Positions 53,293 to 63,109 of a DNA stretch of 64,000 nucleotides are shown here, in pieces. The position numbers and the translations under genes were made by a program. The stretch is from Convolutriloba macropyga (taxonomy: Eukaryota). The notes under the pieces are model-generated. The model ran no database searches. It worked only from the letters and a program-made list of their open reading frames with translations, and was not told where the DNA came from. Numbering within the stretch: position 1 is the stretch's first letter; each line of letters starts with the position of its first letter. The DNA is taken from assembly GCF_964194025.1 (NCBI RefSeq), contig NC_134475.1, forward strand, positions 50,778,001 to 50,842,000, given 5' to 3'.

Positions 53293-54294
53293 CTAATATT
53301 TTAGCGTGAGTTCCCTCCCCCTATATTCGTCGCGTGTGTTTAGTGCCGGCTTCAGCTTGCTGATATATATAGCTTCGATGATCATTAGTTTTTCTACTGA
53401 CCGACAGGCGTCCAGAATTCTCCATTCAATGTCATTCGTGGCGCCACGACATTCAACTAGATGTTGACCCACCTGTGAATCCTTCTTTTGATGTTCTGTT
53501 ATCCTTGTGGTAACATGCCGGCTTGTTTGCCCAACATAGATGGATCCGCATCCATTACATTTAACTTCATATACCACGTGGGATTTCAGATCTCTATCAA
53601 AGGATGATTTCAGGGTGGGGAGGCACGATCTTAATTTTCGCGTTGTAAAAACTACTTGCAATTCGCATAGTTTCTTCAATTTGCTTGCGAAGTTTTGAGT
53701 GAGGTTGCCTCTGTATTGTAGAAAAATAGTTGGCTTATCATTAGATTTTGTCTTGCTTTTTTGATGCTCTTTTGGTGTTGTTCTTAATTGGTCTTTACCG
53801 CCACTTATTATTGTTTCTAGAGTCTGATTCACAATTTTTGAAGACCATTCCTCTGGATATTGATTTTTGGTCCAGCAAGATTTGTTCTTTTCAAGAGCCT
53901 GATCGAAGGCCAACCAATTAGAGGTTGCATTAAAAACCCTGTGAACCGTCCCTTGAATCACATTTTTCTTATGTTGAAGCGGTGCACAGCTGCGAAAATT
54001 CAGTATTATTCCAGTGTCAGTTGGTTTTTGATACCAATGACAGGTGATATTATTTTTGCTGCTCACATTTACGTTAATGTCAAGAAAAGCCAAACCCCCA
54101 TCCATGTTCACTTTTTCTAAGGTAAATTGCAGGTTGTTGTGTAATGAATTTGCAAATTTTAAATACTCATCCGGGTCACCACGAACCGTGCAGATAATAT
54201 CATCCACATACCTTTTAAACAATTTCATCTCCTTATCGTGTCCCACTGTCTGTTGGTTGCTGCAATAAGTACAAATCCAAACCACATCCTGCAT
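53293..54294 (-). CDS. Penelope-like RT C-terminal part + GIY-YIG endonuclease (N-terminal RT missing)
   Basis: FKRYVDD, FLDINV, WYQKPT, NQYP, and VVYEVKCNGCGSIYVGQTSRHVTTRITEH...IEAIYI...PALN. Confidence 0.9.
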   Translation of the reverse strand: MQDVVWICTYCSNQQTVGHDKEMKLFKRYVDDIICTVRGDPDEYLKFANSLHNNLQFTLEKVNMDGGLAFLDINVNVSSKNNITCHWYQKPTDTGIILNFRSCAPLQHKKNVIQGTVHRVFNATSNWLAFDQALEKNKSCWTKNQYPEEWSSKIVNQTLETIISGGKDQLRTTPKEHQKSKTKSNDKPTIFLQYRGNLTQNFASKLKKLCELQVVFTTRKLRSCLPTLKSSFDRDLKSHVVYEVKCNGCGSIYVGQTSRHVTTRITEHQKKDSQVGQHLVECRGATNDIEWRILDACRSVEKLMIIEAIYISKLKPALNTRDEYRGRELTLKY

Positions 54295-54593
54295 GTTGGC
54301 GTATTAATTTCTGTTGAAGGAGAATCCGGGAACTGATGTTACTTTCCCTAAAAACTGTTTCTTGCTTGAATATGGGAGACTATTTACGGCGTGATGAAGC
54401 GAACTTGCAGCCAAAATATGCACCATCTCGGTAAATCTATAAAATTCATACTCGCTAAAACACTAAAACAGTGAAAACTTCTCAAAGTATTATGTAATGA
54501 GCCCCTCTATAGGCCTTGTTTTCAAAATATTTGACAAAGTAAATAATGTAAAAGAAACCAATTTGTCAAATTAAAATTACTTCCAATACTTAA

Positions 54594-54628
54594 AACAAAC
54601 GTTTTCGAACTTTACGTTCATCGTCAGG
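54594..54628 (-). ncRNA. Second hammerhead copy (5' strand of stem I truncated)
   Basis: Same core in the other terminal repeat; the element begins 1 nt before CUGACGA. Confidence 0.55.
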
Positions 54629-54638
54629 AATTAGTTCT

Positions 54639-55460
54639 TCTATGGAAGAACTAATTCGCCTGGAGACGAGGAGAACTTACAAGAAGACCTAAATGCTATG
54701 GTTGAATGGCAACTAACATACTATCCAGATAAAGCAAACGTCATGGAAGTTGGGAAAAGCAGAGCACAATGCAATCGGTACTCACTGGGGAACGAACCTG
54801 AAGCACCGTTAACGAAAATTGCCACAGAGGAAAAGGACTTGGGAGTGACATTTGACAGCACTCTGAAGTTTGAAGTGCACATTGAGGGGAAAGTAAAGAA
54901 AGCAAAAAGAATACTCGTGATCATCAGGAGGACATTCCGCTTTCTCGACGACGGAACACTGAAACTGCTCTTCTGCCCATTCGTGAGACCACATCTCGAG
55001 TATGCATCAACCGTATGGATTCCGCATCTGGTGAAGATCACGACTATGCTAGAGAACTTGCAAAGACGAGCAACGAGACTACTGAAGAATTCAGAAAGCC
55101 AATCATACGAGGGCAGACAGAGAAGGCTGGATCTTCCATCATTGTCGTTCAGAAGACCGAGAGATGACATGATCGAGGCTTTCAAAATCATGCATCCAGC
55201 AGTGGGATACGATAGCCGAGCATCTGCATCACTGCTCCAGAGGAGTCAACACGAACCAACACGAGGTCACTTTGCAAAATTCAGAATCGAGAAGTTCTGC
55301 CTTAATTGCCGAAATTTTGCTTTTTCGTAAAGGATTGTCAAGGACAGGAGCTCCCTCTAAGAATCAGTTGTGGCCGCCTAAACCGTGCACTTGTTCAAAA
55401 ATGGACTAGATGCAAATCGGAGCACACACCGACTGAAACAGTCACCCCCATAGAAGAAAG
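54639..55460 (+). mobile_element. CR1/L2-like LINE, 3' part
   Basis: Resumes YGRTNSPGDEENLQEDLNAMVEW, then EEKDLGVTFDSTLKFEVHI, VRPHLEYASTVW, LENLQRRATR and TRGH. Confidence 0.9.
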
Positions 55461-56056
55461 GACAAACGAGTACGGACTCCAGGGACATCAAAAATGCGGA
55501 CTCTGTTGATGCGGGAAATCAATCCATTGCTAAGAGATCCTTATGGATTAGCAGAGTGAAATTGGCCACGATCATGACACAGGATCATACACAATTAGAA
55601 AGGATCATGTCAAAATTTCCCGAGATGACCCAAAATAAAACGACATAGGATATTGTCAGTCATAATCAGCTGTGAAGAGAGGACCACCTACCTGCTCACA
55701 GAATTCAACCTATGAAGACCTATGAACAAAAGACCTCAAGCTTGTTGCAACGAGCAGTTGAATTTGCAATTTCATCTAAAATCCTAAAATTGGTTTTTGA
55801 TCAATAAACTGAATTAAACGAAAATAAGAGCTATCTCTTACCAATCAAAGGTCAATATAAGCATGAAAAACAAAACGTTAAAGGGATCTATTCTGATCCC
55901 CTCCCCCAGCTTAATTATTATAAATCTCTTATGACCTCCAGGCACACGTGCTATTTTCTTACAGAGTAACGTGCTATATAACAACGTAGAATTTGTAACT
56001 GGGGGTCAATAAAAACACTGGGGCCGAAACAGAAAATATCCCTTTAAAGTACCAAA
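55111..56056 (+). repeat. Left copy of the ~0.9-kb direct repeat flanking the RTE
   Basis: Colinear with 59576-60476, from gggcagac to cctttaaagtaccaaa. Confidence 0.9.
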
Positions 56057-56060
56057 ACGT

Positions 56061-56118
56061 GGCACCCCTCTAAAAGCCAACAGCCGGTCCCAAGCCCGGA
56101 CAAAGAGGGAGGGTTGCC
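56061..56118 (+). ncRNA. Twister-ribozyme-like motif at the RTE 5' end
   Basis: ggca-cc-cctct-aaaagccaaca-GCCGGTCCCAAGCCCGG-acaa-agagg-GAGGG-ttgcc: twister P4/pseudoknot core with P2 (cctct/agagg) and P1 (ggca/tgcc). The L1 cleavage-site UAA is absent. Confidence 0.7.
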
Positions 56119-57877
56119 CTGGATTGTTCTAGCAAGCCAGCTTGGCAAGACACCAAAGCTAAAAATGGATCAAAGAAAGATCAGACTGCGAAAGGGAGCG
56201 ATTCGAGGACCTTAACCAGTTCTCACTGCCATGGTGACTATCGGAAGAGGATAGTAGGGCCTTCACCACTCGACATTATGAAAATAGGTCAGTGGAATTG
56301 CAAGTCACTTTGCAATGAGAGTGTCATCTCCGTGCTCACAGAAAATATGAAAAAGCGACGAATTAGACTGTTCGCGCTAAATGAAACACATCGATGTTGT
56401 GATGAAAGCACATATGGTGACTACACTCTAAACAACAGTGGTGTAACATATAAAGCAAAAAAACATCAGCTCGTGTCGGTGTGATCTACGACACCAAACT
56501 GGTGAAGATGATTAAGTTCATACCAGTTTCGGAAGGAAATGCGAAAGCTTTCATTGAAACATCGGGTGCAAGATTGAAATTGGTTGTTACCTATGCCCTG
56601 ACTGAAAACGCTGATGAAAGTGAGTATGCAGCATACTTAAAGGAATTGGCGGAATGCACTCGGAGTTCAGACCAGATCTATTATGAAAAGATGCTCATTT
56701 TGGGAGACCTTAATGCAGTGATTGGCCTAGATCTGAATGACCATCTGCTAAGACAGATCGGGAAGGCAGCAGCAAGTGATGAGAGTAGCCGGAATGGTTT
56801 GCTCCTTGCAGAATTTGTCACTGAAGAAAAGTTGAGAGTTGATCATACTTTCCTCTTGAAGTCTGATGTGCGGAAGTGCACATGGAGACATCCGAGAACC
56901 AAGGAGCTGTCTCTGAAAGATTATGCACTGACAAAATTGTCGGCAGCAAAACATCTCAGAGTAAGAGACGTGAGAAGTTCTTGGGAGGATAGTTTGGACT
57001 CCGATCATGCAATGATGATAGTATGCATTGAAAAATGGCCATAAATGAATGCAAGGAAATCTGCGAAAGCGCAAAAGCTGCTGAATGATGTGCGGAGCAA
57101 TTGCTACTCAATCCTTCAATCAGCTCCTGAGCTTTAAAAACTGAAACATATCCTCTCAGAACTAAGATCCTGAATCTTAGAAAAGTTAACACTGTAACTG
57201 ATGTGTTAACAGAAGTAGTCGACAAACATGAGCTCGCAGAAGAGACTCTGTTGATAAAAACTGACTGCTGGGCTGCTCAGATAACGCCGAGCGAAGTAGA
57301 AACACTTCGAAAGAGAAAGGCAGCGCATAATCTGTACCGTTCTGAAAGATCAGAGAGCAGAAAGATCGAACGAGATAAATTGAACAGAGAATTGAAAATA
57401 ATCACCTATGAATGCAAAGAAAGAGCAGTCGAGACAAACCTTAAAAGGTTTGAAAGCAGCTTGATGATAATGAAACCAGAATTCCCTATAAAATCTTGAA
57501 AGAGACGTTACGAACCTACAGGGTAACTTGGTTCGAGCGTAACAAGAAAATGAGCGGCCCCAGCAAAAGTCAATATCAAGAACATTATCAGAAGCTGTTC
57601 AAGCAACGACTGACTCAAAAAGCCACGGTGCTAGAAGCCCCCTCGAAGGAACCGAATAGTTCTAAAGACTTCTGTTAGGAACCCAATGAGGCTGAGGTTA
57701 GAACAACCTTAAGAACCCTGAAATCTGGGAAAGCACCTGGAAGGAGTGGCATTGTTCCTGAAATGTTGAAAGCGCTTTAGAAGGAGTTGAGTCCTCTTCT
57801 CACAAAAGTGTTCCAAAGCATTTGGACAGAAACAACAAAAAGTACCACAGGAATATAGGGACGCGAAAGTCGTTAGC

Positions 57878-59563
57878 TTGTTCAAGAAATGGCTGAAGAC
57901 AGACCCGAAAAACTATCGGTCCTTATTTATGCTTGAAGCCGAAGGAAAATTTCTATGCAAAATTATCAAAAGCAGAGTTGAATCAAGAACAGATCACAAA
58001 CTGGACAAGTTCCATTTTGGCTTCAAAAATGGACGGAGCACTCTGCAAGCCATCTGGGGATTGAGAGAGATCATTCAAGGCTCTAGAGAATCTAGAGAAG
58101 AGTTAGTGATTGTCTTCATCGACCTTGTCAAAGCTTTTGACTCGGTTGATAGAGAAACCACGATAAGATCTCTAAGAGCTTTCGAAGTTGAAAACGCCCT
58201 CAGATGCCTAGTATGGCAAATACATGAAAATGCTCACGGGGAACTAGACTCAAAGATCAAATTCAAATTAGAACGAGGGGTCAGACAAGGATGTGTCATT
58301 GGTCCACAAATATTTAGTTTAATATTTGATAATGTCTGCAAAAGGAGTCTAGCCCAAAAAGATCATCTTGCGTATGCAGATGACTTAGTGACACTGGCAA
58401 AAAGTGAGCAGCAAGCGCAGAGCAAATTGAATAAACTCAGCCTGGAAGTGGAGAAAGCCGGCATGGAAATTTCATTTCCAAAGACAGAAGTAATGACATT
58501 AAACATGGGAAAAGCATGTAGTGTTGCCCTCCAGGGCAAAAGACTGAATGAAGTCACTGAGTTTAAGTATCTGGGTTCGATAAATGGCCAATCTGATATT
58601 GAGGCCGCTGTGAAGAGTAACTGCACTAAAGCTAGAATAGCTATCGTAAAAATGAGACCTGTGCTAGTCAGCTCTACTCTCACAATGAGAATTAAATGTC
58701 GGCTAATTGAAATGTGTTTAAAGCTAGTAACTCTGCATGGGCTGGAAAGAGCCACAACGCGAGAGAAGGACATCGACAAAATGGGCGCTGTTCTCAACAA
58801 AGCCGGTCGCATGGTCGGTGAGACATGCAGCAAGAAAACTTACACATCTGAAGTCCTTGCACTGAAAGTCCCTCTGAGAGATATCAAGATAGAACTCGCA
58901 GTAAGAAGAGCGAAGCTTTGGCTGAGTCTCAAGAAGCTGAAAGATGATGAGTTCATAACGCGAAGGAGAAAGACGTTTTCCAAAGATTGGATGCGTGCAC
59001 TCAAACTTGATCTAGAGAGACTGTGTGTAAAAGATATTGAAGAATGGATAAGAAATTCATCAAAAGTAGAGTATTCGCTGAACGTAAATACTCAAGTAAA
59101 ATCAGGGGGCACGAGAGAACAAATTGTTGCATGCGTGATTGGAAACTGTGCAAGGCACTTTGCAACATCAAAAGAGATGCGTAGACATCTGAGAAATGAC
59201 CACTCTGAAAGTGGCGAAGGATTGGATATGAGTCCTTTCCAAGCAAATGAGCCCACAAGAGCGCCAATGGTATGTCCAGCTACGGGCTGCAAAATGACAT
59301 ACAAGCAAATCAGATGGTGGCTTGACAACATGGAAAAGGCGCACCCTCAGTGTACAATGGTTGAAAGTGATAATGTCACTGAGGAATTAACAGCAGAACC
59401 ACAGAGCACTGACCTGAGTGGGAACACATTGAGACAACAAGAAGATGAAAGCGGAATTTTAGTGCCCGCTATGACCCAGGGCATATACGCTCATCAAAAG
59501 TGTTCAGAACCACTGCTCGACCAAACACAGATGGTCGTACACCAAGAACTGCCCGATTGGTGA
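57878..59563 (+). pseudogene. Largest open segment of the RTE ORF (RT, thumb, two C2H2 fingers)
   Basis: 561-aa ORF with YADD and CVIGNC..F..RRHLRNDH. Confidence 0.85.
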
Positions 59564-59575
59564 AAAATGAGATTG

Positions 59576-60476
59576 GGGCAGACTGAGAAGGCTGGATCTT
59601 CCAACATTGTCGTTCAGAAGACCGAGAGATGACATGATCGAGGCTTTCAAAATCATGCATCCAACAGTGGGATACGATAGCCGAGAATCTGCATCACTGC
59701 TCCAGAGGAGTCAATACGAACCAACACGAGGTCACTTTGCGAAATTCAGAATCGAGAAGTTCTACCTAAATTGCCGAAATTTTGCTTTTTCGCAAAGGAT
59801 CGTCAAGGACAGGAGCTCCCTCTAAGAATCAGTTGTGGCCGCTTAAACCGTGAACTTGTTCAAAAAGGGACTAGATGCAAATCGGAGCACACACCGACTG
59901 AAACAGTCACCCCCATAGAAGAAAAGACAAACAAGTACGGACACCCAGGATATCAAAAATGCGGACTCTGTTGGTGCGGGAAATCAATCCTCTGCTAAGA
60001 GATCCTTATGGATTAGCTGAGTAAAATTGGCCACGATCATGACACAGGACCATACACAATTAGAAAGGATCAAGTCAAAATTTCCCGAGATTACCCAACA
60101 TAACACGACATAGGATATTGTCAATCATAATCAGCTGTGAAGAGAGGACCACCTACCTGCTCACAGAATTCAACCTACGAAGACCTATGAACAAAAGACC
60201 TCAAGTTTGTTGCAACGAGCAGTTGAATTTGCAACTTCACCTAAAAAGCTTAAAATTGGTTTTTGATCAATAAATTGAATTAAACGAAATTAAAAGCTAT
60301 CTCTTACCAATCAAAGATCCCCTCCCCCAGCTTAGTTAGTATAAATCTCTGATAACCTCCAGGCACACGTGCTATTTTCTTACAGAGTAACGTGCTGTAT
60401 AACAACGTAGAATTTGTAACTGGGGGTCAATAAAAACACTGGTGTCGGTCAGAATAGATCCCTTTAAAGTACCAAA
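59576..60476 (+). repeat. Right copy of the ~0.9-kb direct repeat (CR1 3' end + flank + partial MITE)
   Basis: Near-identical ORF-track peptides (SFRRPRDDMIEAFKIMHP; MPKFCFF) in both copies; ~45-bp deletion relative to the left copy. Confidence 0.9.
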
Positions 60477-60559
60477 GCGAACAAAAACATCTTAGCACTA
60501 CAAAAAGCGCACAAACAGAATAAGGGACAAAAATGTGAAGAACGATTTGGAAAAAGTGT

Positions 60560-61240
60560 GCTCTAAGAATCAAGAATCTTTCTATTTCTTAAACAGAAAC
60601 ACCAAAGTAAGTGCAAATTTTAATGCATTTTTAAGATATAGGATTCCAATACTTACATAGGCAACTCAAGCTTGGTTCACAATTAAGAAAGAAACAAAGG
60701 CGATCAAGAGAACTCAAGAGAAAGCTACAAATTGGATCCCAAGTAACAGGGAAAAGAACTACAAGAAAAGACTTCAAAATTTCATTGCGCTTCCCCTATA
60801 TTCACAGATAGAGCTAGCTAAATCACTTGTTTTGATTGCTTTCTACTAAACACCAGATAAAATTAGCAAAATTATATTTTCCCGCGTATATGAAAACAAA
60901 TGAAGTTGAACATGAAAACAAAGAGCAGACGTAAAGCAATACGGAACCTTATGCTTTCTATGCAGAACATCAAAAGATCTGGAAAAACATCTTTGATGAA
61001 ATATGACAAAGTGTTACATAAGAAAAAGGAAACCGCCTGATGTAGTTTGTTGTCATCTACTTAAGTAAACGAAGACAATACAAAAAAATAATCGGCTGAA
61101 AGGGAGCAAATGTGCAGGCGAAAAGTGGGTTAACTCAAGGATCTCTGCCACGTTAGCTTTGTTCGTCATCTTGGTTAATGATCTACCTATGCAAGAGTCT
61201 AAATATAAATCTTTGTATTAAACCAATGACCTCAAGCTTA
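60560..61240 (+). mobile_element. Highly decayed CR1-like fragments
   Basis: Remnants RTQEKATNWI..NYKKRLQ (~60710-60780) and TQGSL..LFVILVNDLP (~61130-61190). Confidence 0.4.
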
Positions 61241-61422
61241 AAATAAACTGAAAAATGATTTGAAATCAATATATTGAAATAAACAAAAAAAAATTGCTAT
61301 CTCTGACAAATCAAAGGTCAAGATAAGCATAGAAAACACAACATTAAAGAGATCAATTCTTCTTCGGCCAACTGCATAGCCAGCATAAATCTATTATGAC
61401 CCGCAGGCACACGTGCTATTCT

Positions 61423-61552
61423 CGGGTCTTTCCCATTTTAGCCCCCATCAAAATATAGCCCCCCCTTATTGTATAATTACCATGATTGAGGGAGAGGGCT
61501 ATGGGTTATATGACCACTAACGTGGGGGGCGGGCTACAAAGTGAAAAACCCC
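61423..61552. mobile_element. ~130-bp MITE nested inside the 160-bp MITE
   Basis: Imperfect TIRs cgggtctttcccattttagccc / gggctacaaagtgaaaaacccc interrupt the host MITE motif gtgctattttctt; flanked by tattct / tatttt. Confidence 0.5.
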
Positions 61553-61654
61553 TATTTTCTTACATAGTAAGGTACTATATAAAAACGTATAATCTAAAAC
61601 TGGTGGTCATAAAAAACACTGGGGGGTAAAACAGAATAGATCACATTAAAATAC

Positions 61655-62115
61655 CGTAATATCCGTTACGGTTTGGGTTGGGGGTTTATTAAGCATTTTA
61701 GACCTCGAAATTACTGATGAAAATTGTCCACAGATTAATTTTTTAAACAGAGTTAGAATTAATGATTGAAAATACAAGAATTTTCAAAACATGAGAAGAT
61801 GAAAAGCTATTTAGAGAATCTTAGAGATTTAGTTTCGAATATGGTCTTTGGTTTCGGTCCTATCAATGGTTGAATATTCTTAGGTTATTTTAACCCATTT
61901 TCTTTAATCTCTTTGGGATTTCCTCATAGTTATTTTTTACCGCACGGGTTCCTGTTTGTTAAACTATCAGATAACAGGTTTACCTGCCTGACGAATCCCG
62001 TCAAGAAACAAACATTCCCTGACGTCTCCCGTCAAAATGAAGTTCCGCGATGTTTCCCATCATTATTTATGATGCTCTCTTTATTTTGTTAAAATCCGGT
62101 TTACTCTTAGTAACA
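61655..62115 (-). repeat. Putative 3' LTR of the env-bearing element
   Basis: The minus strand starts TGTTAC at 62115, just after a purine tract. It contains two TGACG..CGTCA repeats and AATAAA (61685-61690), and ends ..GTAACG / ..ATTACG, a decayed inverted terminus. Confidence 0.5.
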
Positions 62116-62116
62116 A

Positions 62117-62133
62117 TCTCTTTTTGTTCTCCC
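62117..62133 (-). other. Putative polypurine tract
   Basis: gggagaacaaaaagaga, 1 nt upstream of TGTTAC. Confidence 0.5.
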
Positions 62134-62269
62134 ATTTATTCTGAAATTTTAGAATAGTGAGTTCAATATGTATTTTATGAGCATGCCATACATTAATTTC
62201 TATGGTTTACTACACTGCATCCCTCCTAGAAAATTTGAGTGTTCCACTCGCTCCCAAGCAAAATTTTCA

Positions 62270-63100
62270 AAGTTCCATTTTCGAGTTCATAAATTCCTCT
62301 GCTTTTTTCAATCCCGTACTTGTCATAAATATTACGGGCCTCATCGTCTTCTCTATTTTTTTCGCCTAAAAATTAATTTTGAAAATGTCTTTCCGACCAC
62401 CCATGTCCGGATGACAGAGCATTGACAACATTTTGAAGTGTTTCTGGATAGTGCTGGTTATGGCCCCTGTGGGGAATAGAATCTTATAAAAATTTGGAGG
62501 TCGACTGAACGGGCTCTGCGCGTTGATCGGCTCCAGCCTTCTCTGGATGACCTATTTTGAGGTCTGCTATGTTCCTACCCTACTGTTTAGCCTTCTGATA
62601 TCTTCCTCGGCATTCTCCATTTCCCACTAAACACTCCCGTTCATCCAGCAGAGCGATACATTCTGTTGTCTTTCGGCTACATTCACAACCTCCTCCAGGT
62701 CTTGCTTCCATATTTCAACCTTCCTCCTGCAGGAGTGGTGCTGATTCTCAGCGCATTCAAGCAGTCGCTCGGTCTGAAGCAATTGTTCACATAACTTTTG
62801 ACCTTCAAGTTCTAACTGCCGGAGCTCCTCTTCGAGCCGAACCCCGGCAGTTCCCAGCATTTCGCTGTTGTCAGTCTTCATTTGGTGTTCCTCCATTCTC
62901 TGATGCATCTCATGCAACTCCACAAAACTTATTGCTGCTCTATCCGCTATATTGGGTGGTTGCAGCTTCGTCAATGGCACCACATATCTTTTATTTGAGG
63001 TTACTCCAACAATCCGATACACTTGGTGCCTGACTATCGAACTGACCTCGCACAAATCGGGTAGATAGTAGCATTAATCGCCAATTTTTGGTTCTGCCAT
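62270..63100 (-). pseudogene. Intronless coiled-coil + C-terminal J-domain (DnaJ, HPD) gene, decayed
   Basis: One frame from MAEPKIGD through the 142-aa coiled-coil ORF and several in-frame stops to NFYKILF..IQKHFKMLSMLCHPDMGGRKDIFK, then after a frameshift DDEARNIYDKYG. Confidence 0.75.
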
Positions 63101-63109
63101 TCCTGCATA

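Larger units (their letters stand above)
52858..54628 (-). mobile_element. Penelope-like element (internally deleted) with 84-bp direct terminal repeats
   Basis: Identical 84-bp repeats at 52856-52939 and 54545-54628; RT and GIY-YIG ORF; inserted into the CR1 RT. Confidence 0.9.
56057..59575 (+). mobile_element. Near full-length decayed RTE-like LINE (APE + RT + C2H2 fingers)
   Basis: APE: MKIGQWNCKSL, ALNET, ILGDLNA, TWRHPRT, SDH. RT: KAPG, NYRSL, FGFKNGRST, FIDLVKAFDSV, GVRQGC, AYADD, FKYLGS. C-terminal C2H2 motifs. Several frameshifts and stops. Confidence 0.9.

Noticed and set aside
54721-59331. Antisense ORFs over the CR1 and RTE coding regions
   Set aside because: Shadow frames of retroelement ORFs.
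55111-60476. LTR retrotransposon (direct repeats around an RT)
   Set aside because: The interior is an APE-type non-LTR ORF, and the repeats are CR1/MITE-derived with no TG..CA ends, PBS or PPT.
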